Assembly (NCBI RefSeq): GCF_004376175.1
Contig: NZ_SNUY01000058.1
Location: forward strand, 364-29,144
Source: Halalkalibacterium halodurans
GTDB taxonomy: Bacteria; Bacillota; Bacilli; Bacillales; Bacillaceae_D
Direction of reading: 5' to 3'
DNA: 28,781 bases
Below, piece after piece: positions 7,630 through 16,104 of this stretch; within the stretch, counting starts at the first letter, position 1; each line of letters opens with the position of its first letter. The notes below the pieces were generated by a model that did not search any database, had not been told where the DNA came from, and was given only the letters and a program-made list of their open reading frames with translations. Position numbers and translations under genes: made by a program.

Positions 7630-7658
7630 TAGTTTAAAGTTTATCCACTATGAAGTCA
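7630..7658 (-). promoter_or_regulatory. Putative sigma-A promoter of the DUF2294/SbtA operon (TTGACT-17 nt-TAAACT)
   Basis: -35 at 7653-7658 and -10 at 7630-7635 on the minus strand. Implies a leader of about 135 nt. Confidence 0.4.
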
Positions 7659-7721
7659 ACATTTAATTAGGAAGAAGTTCGCCCTGTCATCCTACAGAAG
7701 CGCTTTCATACTCTATCCATC

Positions 7722-7738
7722 AATGTTTCACGTGAAAC
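7722..7738. promoter_or_regulatory. CACGTG-centred palindrome, copy B (a-tgtttcacgtgaaaca)
   Basis: Perfect 16-bp palindrome at 7723-7738 in the divergent intergenic region between the DUF2294 operon and the yhfW-like gene. Confidence 0.4.
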
Positions 7739-7837
7739 AATTTAGAAACTTCCCAAGAAAAGATGCACGTATATACATTATTTCCTAGGGATTGGTAACA
7801 ATGATAAAAAAAGATACGTATATGAAGGAGGATGGCC

Positions 7838-9364
7838 GTGAGCGAGCAATACAAACAGCCAAATACACTTGAGCCTTACTGGAGACAATCCACTCCCCTA
7901 CCTGACTTTAAGCCACTGCAAAATGATTTACGAGTTGATGTCGTCGTTGTTGGAGGGGGAATCACTGGAATAACCACCGCTTACTTGCTACAAAAAAGAG
8001 GTAAGAAAGTGGTCATTCTTGAAGCAGATCGATTTTTCAATGGAACGACTGGGCACACAACAGCCAAAATCACTGCCCAACACGGATTGATCTATGATGA
8101 ATTTATTCAACATTTTGGCGAGGATAAAGCAAAGCAATATTACGATGCGCAGATGGAAGCTAAGACTTTCATTAAAAACACCGTTCAAGACTTATCAATT
8201 GATTGTGATTTCCAAGAGCATGACGCCTACATCTACACAAATGCTAACCGGTATCTAGCGAAATTAGAACGAGAAATGCGCGCCTATGAAAAACTACAAA
8301 TTAATGGATCACTGATTGACTCGATGCCTCTACAAGTCCCAATAAAAAAAGCGATTGTCATGAAAGGTCAGGCACAGTTTCATCCAATTGCCTACTTAAT
8401 GAAGCTCGTTCAAGATTTTATAGACCGTGGCGGCCTCATTTTTGAGCACACGGTTGCAACAGATGTTGATAAAGGCGAGCACCGAACGGTTCTTACGAGA
8501 GATGGTCATAAAGTAACGTGTGATTATGTCGTTGAAAGCTCCCACTTCCCTTTCTTTGATCGCGGCTTTTACTTTTCTCGTATGTACGCCGATCGCTCTT
8601 ATGTTCTTGGCCTAAAAGTAAAAGAGCCATATCCTGGTGGCATGTACCTCTCAGCTGAGGACCCGCCACGATCGATTCGCCATGCGTCTTACCAAGGAGA
8701 AGACCTCTGGCTCATTAGTGGAGAAACACATAAAACAGGACAAGGGATGGATACCGACTACCATTATGAAGCACTAGAATCTTTTAGCCGTGAGATGTTT
8801 AATGTGACTGACATTTCTTACCGTTGGTCTGCACAAGATTTAGTTACCCTTGATCGGATGCCTTATATCGGACCAGCCACAAGCAATGATCCTCATATAC
8901 TTGTTGCCACAGGTTTTCGAAAATGGGGCATGACCAATGGTACAATCGCAGCTCATGTAATCACAGATCTGATTATCGGCCAAGTAAACGCCTATCAAAA
9001 GCTGTTTGCTCCACAGCGATTTGTCGCTGATCCAAGCCTTCGTAAATTTTTCGCATATAATGTCGACGTAGCTAAACACCTCATTGACGGTAAAACAGAA
9101 AAAGGTTCACGAACCCCTGAATCGTTGCAAAAGGATGAAGGAGACGTGGTAAACGTAAACGGTAAGCGTGCAGGTGGCTATCGTGATACGGATGGAGCCC
9201 TGCATCTCGTGGACACCACGTGTACCCATATGGGATGTGAAGTAAGTTGGAACCATGGAGATCGTACCTGGGATTGCCCTTGTCACGGATCGCGCTTTTC
9301 GTATGACGGAGAAGTTGTTGAAGGTCCTGCAAAAAAACCATTGAAAAAAATCGATCATACCTAA
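7838..9364 (+). CDS. yhfW: FAD-dependent oxidoreductase with C-terminal Rieske [2Fe-2S] domain (YhfW-like)
   Basis: N-terminal dinucleotide fold [15 protein letters not shown]-terminal Rieske motif CTHMGC...CPCHGS. Start moved to GTG 7838 (GAAGGAGG + 6 nt), because ATG 7832 abuts the RBS. Confidence 0.8.
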   Translation: MSEQYKQPNTLEPYWRQSTPLPDFKPLQNDLRVDVVVVGGGITGITTAYLLQKRGKKVVILEADRFFNGTTGHTTAKITAQHGLIYDEFIQHFGEDKAKQYYDAQMEAKTFIKNTVQDLSIDCDFQEHDAYIYTNANRYLAKLEREMRAYEKLQINGSLIDSMPLQVPIKKAIVMKGQAQFHPIAYLMKLVQDFIDRGGLIFEHTVATDVDKGEHRTVLTRDGHKVTCDYVVESSHFPFFDRGFYFSRMYADRSYVLGLKVKEPYPGGMYLSAEDPPRSIRHASYQGEDLWLISGETHKTGQGMDTDYHYEALESFSREMFNVTDISYRWSAQDLVTLDRMPYIGPATSNDPHILVATGFRKWGMTNGTIAAHVITDLIIGQVNAYQKLFAPQRFVADPSLRKFFAYNVDVAKHLIDGKTEKGSRTPESLQKDEGDVVNVNGKRAGGYRDTDGALHLVDTTCTHMGCEVSWNHGDRTWDCPCHGSRFSYDGEVVEGPAKKPLKKIDHT

Positions 9365-9378
9365 CGACCATTAAAACG

Positions 9379-9419
9379 AAAAAGGACTGCTATGGTCATT
9401 TCCATTAGCGGTCCTTTTT
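9379..9419. terminator. Bidirectional terminator between the yhfW-like and VOC genes
   Basis: Stem aaaaaggactgctatgg / ccattagcggtccttttt with T-runs on both strands. It overlaps the VOC stop codon. Confidence 0.7.
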
Positions 9420-9797
9420 TTGTTCCACATGTAATTCGATTTGATTTCCATCGGGATCTAAGCAAAATATTTGCGCAAACCCGCTTCTACTTGTGCGATT
9501 TTCTCGATAGGCTACGTTATGCTTTTGAAGCCATGAAAGTGTTTCCTCATAATCTTGTACGCGAAGAGCAAAATGTGCTTCCTTAGTATCAATCGTTGGT
9601 TGCTCCCTCAACATCTCCGTTTGATCATAAACAATGAGATGGATTTGTTGCTCTCCTACCCCGAACCATGCACCATCAAAGTCAAAATCAGGACGCTCCA
9701 AAGGTTTTAAACAGAGAACATCTCGGTAAAAAGTGACCGCTTTATTTAAATCAGTAACAGGGAGGCTTACATGATGTAAACATTCATATGAAATCAT
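9405..9797 (-). CDS. VOC (glyoxalase/bleomycin-resistance/dioxygenase) family protein
   Basis: LHHVSLPVTDL..A..FY.DVL.L...ERP and GNQIELH are typical VOC motifs. Start set to ATG 9797 (GGAAGGAG + 10 nt), giving 130 aa. Confidence 0.7.
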   Translation of the reverse strand: MISYECLHHVSLPVTDLNKAVTFYRDVLCLKPLERPDFDFDGAWFGVGEQQIHLIVYDQTEMLREQPTIDTKEAHFALRVQDYEETLSWLQKHNVAYRENRTSRSGFAQIFCLDPDGNQIELHVEQKKDR

Positions 9798-9856
9798 CAA
9801 ACGACAGCTCCTTCCATGCTCGTAAATAATAGATGCCTCCCGTCTATCATACATCG

Positions 9857-11488
9857 TTACTTCCCGAACGACGACAAAAATTTCACACGGTCCCCCATTG
9901 GTGGTATTTGTGAATCAACTATTGCAAGCTCTAGTATGGCAGGCCCATCCGTTGGCAGCAACGAGCTGATGCGCTCCTCTTTGAGATCTGCCAATGATTC
10001 GATTCGAGCCGTCGGTATTCCGACTGACTCCAATAGCTTTGAGAGATTGACTGGCGCTTGTTCAAAACGAGGATGGGTTCTTTGATATTGCAAAGCATGG
10101 CCATGATAGACCATCCCTAGCCTTGCATTATTTACAATCACAAACAAAATTGGGAGCCCGTACTCCTTAGCCGTTAATACCTCCATTCCATGCATAAAAA
10201 AGCAACCATCTCCCGTAATGCAAACTGTAGGACGTTTTCGATCGACCATAGCCGCACCAATGGCAGAACCTATCGCTGTTCCCATCGCACCGAAATGTAC
10301 ATTGATATTAAACGTATCCGGTTCATAAACGTCCATGTAATGAATCACATAGGACATAAATTCCCCTATGTCTATATGGTAACGTGCTGTTGGTGGAAGA
10401 GCTTGCTGAATGCTTAGTAACAAGTGCTGGCTCGTGTATTCTTTATTCACTTTGTTTTCTACTCGTGCAATTGGTTGCGGTTGATGATCTCGCCCTAGCC
10501 GCTCCAACTCTAGATTCAGCTCAGTCAACGTTATTTTTACATCTCCAACTATCGGAAAATCGATTTTATATTTTCTATTAAACACGGTTTTATCGTGATC
10601 TAACTGAATAACATAACGTCCATCCGTTAGCTTTTTGTTGTAGTTATTTGTCGCTGTTTCCCCCAAGCTTGATCCGATAATAAAGAGCCCATCTCCCTCT
10701 TCTCCATTGAGTAAGTCAGAGGCAGTAGTATGTCCAGCAAATCCGAATACTCCTTTATTAAGCGGGTGACCTGAAGGAATGTATCCCTTCGCTTGAGGTG
10801 TTGTAACGATTGGCCAACGTAACCGTTCTGCCATCTCAATTGCTTCACGCACCGCTCGTCGAACACCTTGGCCAATAAAAACAATTCCGTTCTTTAACTC
10901 TGTTAATTCTCGTGCGGCTTGTTTTACTGACTGATTTGAGGGCATGGTGCGTGGTTGTGTCGGATAAGAAGGTAGGTCGGGTGGTTCGATCGTCTCAAGC
11001 TGAACATCAATTGGCATGGCCACATGGACAGGGCCGGGAACAGGCGAAAGGGCGATCGTCACCGCTTTCTCTACTTCCGAAAGCAAATCGCTCCCTTTTC
11101 GAACCGTCACACTATATTTAGTAACCGGTGCATACAGCGGCTGAACATCCAACTCTTGTGAAGCGTTCAACCCCTCTGTATTAGTCGGTACAGCTCCGGT
11201 AAGAAACAGAATCGGGAGCTGTTCTCGCATCGCGTTCGCTGCTCCAGTAAGAAGATTAGTGCTGCCTGGTCCACTACAACCAATGGCAACCGCTAGCTGG
11301 CCAGAGTATTTCGCATATGCTGCCGCCATATACGAAGCGGCTCCTTCGTGTTTGGCAATAACCGGCGTCATTTGTGGCATTGAATACAGCTCATCAAAAA
11401 AAGCATTTACAGATCCTGCTGGAATTCCGAAAACCGTATCAACCCCGCCCTTTGCTAAATAATCTAAAACACTGCGCACTGCTTTCAA
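9857..11488 (-). CDS. Thiamine-pyrophosphate-dependent enzyme, acetolactate synthase-like
   Basis: 543 aa. N-terminal TPP-Pyr domain (VFGIPAGS...HEGAA.YMA.AYA). C-terminal GDG-x24-NN TPP motif (ITGDGCFFMHG...VIVNN). TTG start after GGGGAG. Confidence 0.85.
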   Translation of the reverse strand: MKAVRSVLDYLAKGGVDTVFGIPAGSVNAFFDELYSMPQMTPVIAKHEGAASYMAAAYAKYSGQLAVAIGCSGPGSTNLLTGAANAMREQLPILFLTGAVPTNTEGLNASQELDVQPLYAPVTKYSVTVRKGSDLLSEVEKAVTIALSPVPGPVHVAMPIDVQLETIEPPDLPSYPTQPRTMPSNQSVKQAARELTELKNGIVFIGQGVRRAVREAIEMAERLRWPIVTTPQAKGYIPSGHPLNKGVFGFAGHTTASDLLNGEEGDGLFIIGSSLGETATNNYNKKLTDGRYVIQLDHDKTVFNRKYKIDFPIVGDVKITLTELNLELERLGRDHQPQPIARVENKVNKEYTSQHLLLSIQQALPPTARYHIDIGEFMSYVIHYMDVYEPDTFNINVHFGAMGTAIGSAIGAAMVDRKRPTVCITGDGCFFMHGMEVLTAKEYGLPILFVIVNNARLGMVYHGHALQYQRTHPRFEQAPVNLSKLLESVGIPTARIESLADLKEERISSLLPTDGPAILELAIVDSQIPPMGDRVKFLSSFGK

Positions 11489-11777
11489 TCAAATCAACTC
11501 CCCAACTTAAATATTAAGGTTGATTCTTTCTTTCGCTCGTGCCATGCTGTCATCATTTTGAAAATTTACATCATATAACAAATTTCGTTTAAGAAAGCAT
11601 TTTTCCTGCCACAACTCAAAGATTGTTGGTATAAAAGTAATATAAAGGATTTGTAAAGAACGGCTTATTGGCTCAGCTTTTGTCCCCCTTTGTACACAGA
11701 CAAGTTCATCTGCAAAACGAAATTTCTGGGCTTCTCCTGTTTTTTTGCCGACTTTACGCTAAGACGCCTCGAACGAA

Positions 11778-11807
11778 TAAAAAAAGCTCGGGAGCAAAAC
11801 CCCGAGC
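11778..11807 (-). terminator. Rho-independent terminator of the DUF77 gene
   Basis: Stem gctcggg / cccgagc followed by an 8-nt T-run on the minus strand. Confidence 0.6.
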
Positions 11808-11812
11808 GACGT

Positions 11813-12091
11813 TTATTTGCTTTTGTTTTCAATGGACACACCTTCTGGACGATAGTGAATTTTGACGTTCGTCATGACTTCAGAAGCTCCCGCGTCGATG
11901 CCTACTTGCTGCGCTTGCTTAATGAGGGAAAATACATCATCAAGCTTGCCTTCAACCACTGTCTCCATTGGCCCTACCTCATATTTGAGTCCAGATTCTT
12001 TCACGACCTCTACAATTTCCGGGATGACCCCATGTGTGTCCATATCTTTACCATTTGGCATAACTTGAAAGCCAACTGTAACTTCTGCCAT
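11813..12091 (-). CDS. MTH1187/YkoF-like (DUF77, UPF0045) small thiamine-binding-type protein
   Basis: 92 aa. AEVTVGFQVMP.G........I.E.V.V...SGLKYEVGPMETVVEG fits the family pattern. Start at ATG 12091 (AAAGGAGG + 9 nt). Confidence 0.65.
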   Translation of the reverse strand: MAEVTVGFQVMPNGKDMDTHGVIPEIVEVVKESGLKYEVGPMETVVEGKLDDVFSLIKQAQQVGIDAGASEVMTNVKIHYRPEGVSIENKSK

Positions 12092-12169
12092 TACACCCAT
12101 CCTCCTTTCATTTTCTCGTTTCTGAATAGTTTACCGTTCTGTCCTGTTTTTAAACATAAGTTAAACCAT

Positions 12170-12208
12170 GAAAAAACAACACGTGCGGTGTACATGCCGC
12201 ACGTGTTG
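12170..12208 (-). terminator. Rho-independent terminator of the M20 peptidase gene
   Basis: Perfect 12-bp stem caacacgtgcgg / ccgcacgtgttg with an 8-nt loop. T-run (ttgttttttc) follows on the minus strand. Confidence 0.75.
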
Positions 12209-12212
12209 GACT

Positions 12213-13589
12213 TCAATTTTCCTCTATGTTGGCTAGCTCATGCCAATAGTGACATAAAGTAACGAGGCCTTTATCAAAATTTTCAAGGTGGAAATGTTCA
12301 TTCGGCGCATGAAAATTTTCGCTTGGCAGTCCAAATCCCATCAGGACGATCGGTAGCTTCATTAAGCGATGAAATGTTTCAACGACTGGGATCGATCCTC
12401 CCATCCGTGTAAATACAGCTGGCTCTCCATATATGGTTTCATAAGAACGTGCGGCTGCTTGAATCGCAGGGTGGCCAACCGAGGCAGCAAAAGGGCGCCC
12501 CGTGTCAAATCGAGTCGTCGTCACCTTTACCCCTGGTGGTGTATGGGCTTCAATGTGCTTTTCGATGAGAGACGCAATTTGATCCGGGTCCTGATCTGGG
12601 ACGAGACGGCACGTGATTTTTGCATGGGCTTCAGAAGGGATGACTGTTTTTACCCCTTCTCCTTGGAAGCCTCCGTAGATTCCGTTGATTTCTAACGTCG
12701 GACGAATCCATGTCCTCTCAAGAGTAGAGAAGCCTTCTTCACCAAACAATTCTGTTACCCCTAGTTCATCCTTCATTTCATCATCGTGGTGATCAAGTCT
12801 TGCAAAGCTCTCCCGTTCCTCTGGAGAGGCGTCCACCACATCGTCATAAAATCCTTCAACCATAACCTGTCCTTTTTCATTTCTCATCGAATCAAGAAGT
12901 TGGACGAGCGCGTGGACGGAGTTTTGCACAGCACCTCCGTATAAACCTGAATGGAGATCCCCTTTTGTTCCTTTGACGTCGATTTGTAAGCTACAAAGCC
13001 CGCGTAATCCTGTACAAATGGCCGGTTTTCCTTTTCCGAGCATCGGCGTATCAGAGATCACGAGGACATCTGCTTGAAGCTTATTTTGCTCCTGTTCAAC
13101 GAATGGATCTAAGTTTGGGCTACCGATCTCCTCCTCCCCTTCAATAATCAATTTGACGTTTACAGGGAGTGTGCCTTCCGTTTTTAATAGGGCCTCCAAT
13201 GCTTTTATATGCATGAATGTTTGCCCTTTATCGTCGGTCGCTCCACGTGCAAAAATTTTCCCTTCGCGAATCGATGGCTCAAAAGGAGGTGTTTCCCATA
13301 AATTGATAGGATCGACAGGCTGGACGTCATAGTGGCCGTAAATGAGCACAGTCGGCTTTCCCTTCGCATGGAGCCAATCAGCATACACGAGGGGATGTCC
13401 CTTTGTCTCGATCATTTCCACATGTTCTAACCCTGCCTTTTGCAGTGTGTCTACGAACCAAGCAGCTGCTTTTCGCACATCTTCCTTATGCTCTGATAAA
13501 GCGCTCACACTCGGTATGGCGAGAAGCTGTTTCAATTCGTCTAGGTGCTCCTCGCGTTTTTGCTCTAAATATGTACGTACATCATTCAT
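12213..13589 (-). CDS. M20-family metallopeptidase (dipeptidase/ArgE-DapE-like)
   Basis: HYDVQPVDP, ARGATDDKG and IEGEEEIGS are M20 metal-binding/catalytic motifs. Start set to ATG 13589 (GGAAAGGAG + 8 nt). Confidence 0.85.
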   Translation of the reverse strand: MNDVRTYLEQKREEHLDELKQLLAIPSVSALSEHKEDVRKAAAWFVDTLQKAGLEHVEMIETKGHPLVYADWLHAKGKPTVLIYGHYDVQPVDPINLWETPPFEPSIREGKIFARGATDDKGQTFMHIKALEALLKTEGTLPVNVKLIIEGEEEIGSPNLDPFVEQEQNKLQADVLVISDTPMLGKGKPAICTGLRGLCSLQIDVKGTKGDLHSGLYGGAVQNSVHALVQLLDSMRNEKGQVMVEGFYDDVVDASPEERESFARLDHHDDEMKDELGVTELFGEEGFSTLERTWIRPTLEINGIYGGFQGEGVKTVIPSEAHAKITCRLVPDQDPDQIASLIEKHIEAHTPPGVKVTTTRFDTGRPFAASVGHPAIQAAARSYETIYGEPAVFTRMGGSIPVVETFHRLMKLPIVLMGFGLPSENFHAPNEHFHLENFDKGLVTLCHYWHELANIEEN

Positions 13590-13797
13590 GTGCCATGCTC
13601 CTTTCCCTTCCATATAGTTCGCTAAGCGAAGTAATTCCCTTTGCCTCCATCGTAGCACAGAAGGCTAAAAAAGTTGAGCAAAGCGGTTCTATTGATCCGT
13701 TTGTTCCGAAAAGAGTGTCAGATTTTTTCACATAGATGAAAAGGATCATCTTATCTATGGTACACTGGTAGAAAAGGCTTTTAAGGGTGATCGTCTT

Positions 13798-14349
13798 ATG
13801 GGCAAGTGGGTATCCGTTGCAGAAAAACGTCAATTCCTTAAATGGTTCCTCACACAACAATTAAAACGAAAAGATGCGAAGCGGATACTTGAATACCTTT
13901 TACAACATTATCATTTGCTCGAACAAGTGATGTTTACTGAAGAAATTCGCGGCCGTGAACGAACGCTCGTCATTTCTACCTTGCAGTCAGATGAGCCAGG
14001 GTTTGCTTTTTATTTATACCGAAGGAAAATTGAAGATCCGATTCGAGCACTCGGTGAACTTCAAGCGAACCCCGCTGACCCGATCTACTTAATTTTGCAT
14101 TTCCACGGAAAAGCGCAAAATCACCAATACTTACAAATGCTCGATTCCGAATCCCGCGAATACATTAAACGTTTCAAGCAGTTTCAAGCATATAAAGAGG
14201 AAACCGACTCACTCATCGAAGCTGTTCTTATCGAAAATGAGAAAAAGATGTTGCTTCAGCAAATTGATGAAGCTCTTGATCTCAAGGATGAACGGCGCTT
14301 TAAAGATCTCGTGAAGAAGCTACAAGAGCTAGATAGACGGTCTTCCTAA
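13798..14349 (+). CDS. ypiB: UPF0302 YpiB/ReoY-family protein with C-terminal IDEAL domain
   Basis: 183 aa. N-terminal ...KRQFLKWFL... region and a literal IDEAL motif (QQIDEALDLKDERRFKDL) near the C-terminus. Confidence 0.7.
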   Translation: MGKWVSVAEKRQFLKWFLTQQLKRKDAKRILEYLLQHYHLLEQVMFTEEIRGRERTLVISTLQSDEPGFAFYLYRRKIEDPIRALGELQANPADPIYLILHFHGKAQNHQYLQMLDSESREYIKRFKQFQAYKEETDSLIEAVLIENEKKMLLQQIDEALDLKDERRFKDLVKKLQELDRRSS

Positions 14350-14387
14350 CCTACTATTGAACTTCTCGTCCCCTCGGAAGTTCTTTT

Positions 14388-14852
14388 TCACGTGCCATCA
14401 CTTTGCTCTTCGTCTTTTTCGACCGGCAAGATATACCGGTATGGAACAGGAGAACCAATCACCGTAGACGTGTTAATGTTTCCATACGGGATAAGCTTAT
14501 CAATTAAGATCCTCATGCTGTTCATGTTCGGGACAGCCGCCTTCAACATATAGCTAACCTCTCCTGTCACCCGATGACATTCAATAATCATCTCTTCCGA
14601 TTTCACCATGTCTTCAAAGTCTTTTAACGGTACACGCAGTCCGCTCACTAGAATAATTAATAGCATGTCTCGTCCGACCCCTGCTAAGGAAATGCGAGCA
14701 CTATATTCTTCAATCACACCACTTTCTTGAAGCCGTTGCAACCGTTCAGAAACGCTCGGGCGGCTCAAGGCTAACTCTTTTGAAAGCTCGCTTATCGTCG
14801 TCCGTGCATTTTTTTGCAGCAGCTCAAGCAATTTTATATCAAGCTTATCCAT
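14388..14852 (-). CDS. Lrp/AsnC-family transcriptional regulator
   Basis: DKLDIKLLELLQKNARTTISELSKELALSRPSVSERLQRLQESGVI is the classic AsnC HTH, followed by a RAM domain. Start at ATG 14852 (AGGAGGG + 5 nt). Confidence 0.85.
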   Translation of the reverse strand: MDKLDIKLLELLQKNARTTISELSKELALSRPSVSERLQRLQESGVIEEYSARISLAGVGRDMLLIILVSGLRVPLKDFEDMVKSEEMIIECHRVTGEVSYMLKAAVPNMNSMRILIDKLIPYGNINTSTVIGSPVPYRYILPVEKDEEQSDGT

Positions 14853-15025
14853 ATCCACCCTCCTGTTTTACCATATTGAAGCCATCCTATAAAAAATACA
14901 TTCAAAATGGAGTCAATACTCACCTTTTTCATTCATTATACTATGCCCTATTTCCATTTAACATTCTAAAATTAAAAGTAGAGCATATGTTGCGCGGAAT
15001 TTTTAACAACGTAGGTGGGTTGCAC

Positions 15026-15661
15026 ATGAAGAAATGGCTGTGGATTTTTTTAGGCATTGTGATTACGAGCTGTGGCGTTATTTTATTACGTCATGCTAAC
15101 CTTGTTACTGGAGGGACAGCCGGGCTTTCCTTAGGCATGACGTATCTTTTCAATCTTCCGTTTGCGTTAACCTTTTTTCTCGTGAACGTTCCGTTTTACC
15201 TTTTTTCCTTGCTACGAATGGGTTGGAGCTTTACACGATCCACGATCATTTCTGTATCCTTGCTTTCCTTGGTGACGAGCTTAGACGTTTGGCTGCCTTC
15301 TTTCAACGTCCCTGTTTGGCTCGGTGCCGTATTCGGCGGCGGTTTGATTGGCCTTGGTCTATCGCTCATTTTTATGAATGGCTCGTCTTTAGGAGGGGCA
15401 AACATTTTGGCCCTCTACTTACAAAAACGATTGGCGATCGATCCAGGGAAAACAAACTTCTTGTTTGACGTTTCTGTTGTTCTTCTTAGCATGGTGTCCG
15501 TTGGCGTCATCCGCGGTCTTCTGTCGATCCTATCGATTGCGGTCACCTCTCGCATTATTAGCTACTTCAAAAAAGAGATCGCTAGCCGCCAGTTGGCTGA
15601 AAAACCGAAGTCCTCTTCTATGGCATCAACGCCAAATTCACGGATTCCAGTGGCAGAGTAA
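15026..15661 (+). CDS. YitT-family membrane protein (no C-terminal DUF2179 domain)
   Basis: TGGTAGLSLG and NGSSLGGANILALYLQKR...GKTNFLFDVSVV match the two YitT membrane repeats. Start at ATG 15026 (AGGTGGG + 6 nt). The track start 14780 overlaps the divergent Lrp gene. Confidence 0.65.
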   Translation: MKKWLWIFLGIVITSCGVILLRHANLVTGGTAGLSLGMTYLFNLPFALTFFLVNVPFYLFSLLRMGWSFTRSTIISVSLLSLVTSLDVWLPSFNVPVWLGAVFGGGLIGLGLSLIFMNGSSLGGANILALYLQKRLAIDPGKTNFLFDVSVVLLSMVSVGVIRGLLSILSIAVTSRIISYFKKEIASRQLAEKPKSSSMASTPNSRIPVAE

Positions 15662-15685
15662 AGGGGCATTCGTCTTTTCCGATAG

Positions 15686-15731
15686 AAAAGCCTGTATCGT
15701 CGATTACTAAGTAATCTTGATACAGGCTTTT
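15686..15731. terminator. Bidirectional terminator (long hairpin aaaagcctgtatc...gatacaggctttt)
   Basis: 13-bp outer stem plus an inner gattac/gtaatc stem, with T-runs on both strands. This is the first strong hairpin downstream of the ECF-sigma gene string. Confidence 0.7.
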
Positions 15732-15747
15732 TCAAAAAACCATTCGT

Positions 15748-16008
15748 TCAATTAGTCCTTAGCCTTGTTCTTTTCATTAGATAAAAGACGGCTGCGAGCA
15801 TGATGGGGATGACAGGGGTGTAAATAACCCAAGGAAACGGTGGATGCATGCTCACAAACCAAGCATTAGGGTAAAGTAAAATGGCACATACCACCATCCC
15901 AACCCATGAACGTTTCACAAAGGCATAGCCAAACAAAAGAACGGATGCAATGAGCAATGGATAAAACAAACTGAGAGCACCAAATAAGAAACTCATGACA
16001 CCTTCCAC
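15748..16008 (-). CDS. Small hydrophobic membrane protein, no family recognised
   Basis: 86 aa with 2-3 hydrophobic segments. GTG start with GGGAGGG 6 nt upstream. The terminator lies immediately downstream. Confidence 0.4.
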   Translation of the reverse strand: MEGVMSFLFGALSLFYPLLIASVLLFGYAFVKRSWVGMVVCAILLYPNAWFVSMHPPFPWVIYTPVIPIMLAAVFYLMKRTRLRTN

Positions 16009-16104
16009 AACCAGCCCTCCCCACTGTCACAAAGTTTGATCGTAAACATGATCTTTTCCTATGTTTTTCTATATTATAAAAGGATTTCCGAAAACGTTCT
16101 AGCT

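Noticed and set aside
7694-7707. cre-like sequence (minus strand TGAAAGCGCTTCTG) upstream of the DUF2294 operon promoter
   Set aside because: Only the left half and central CG match TGWNANCGNTNWCA; the right half fails at three positions. That is not enough to call a CcpA site.
9798-9854. 19-codon extension of the VOC protein
   Set aside because: ATG 9854 has no RBS and directly abuts the upstream stop. ATG 9797 has GGAAGGAG and gives a typical ~130-aa VOC protein.
11489-11812. Possible TPP riboswitch near the TPP enzyme and the DUF77 gene
   Set aside because: No CUGAGA / ACCUGAUCUGGAUAAUGCCAGCG-like conserved cores are visible on either strand, so the spacer looks like plain promoter DNA.
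11690-12262. 190-aa plus-strand ORF
   Set aside because: It lies antisense to the well-supported DUF77 gene and runs across two terminator hairpins and into the M20 peptidase gene. It has no RBS, and its translation is low-complexity with no recognisable family pattern.
14780-15025. 82-codon N-terminal extension of the YitT-family ORF in the ORF track
   Set aside because: The extension overlaps the divergent Lrp/AsnC gene and the promoter region. ATG 15026 has a proper RBS and yields the expected family N-terminus.
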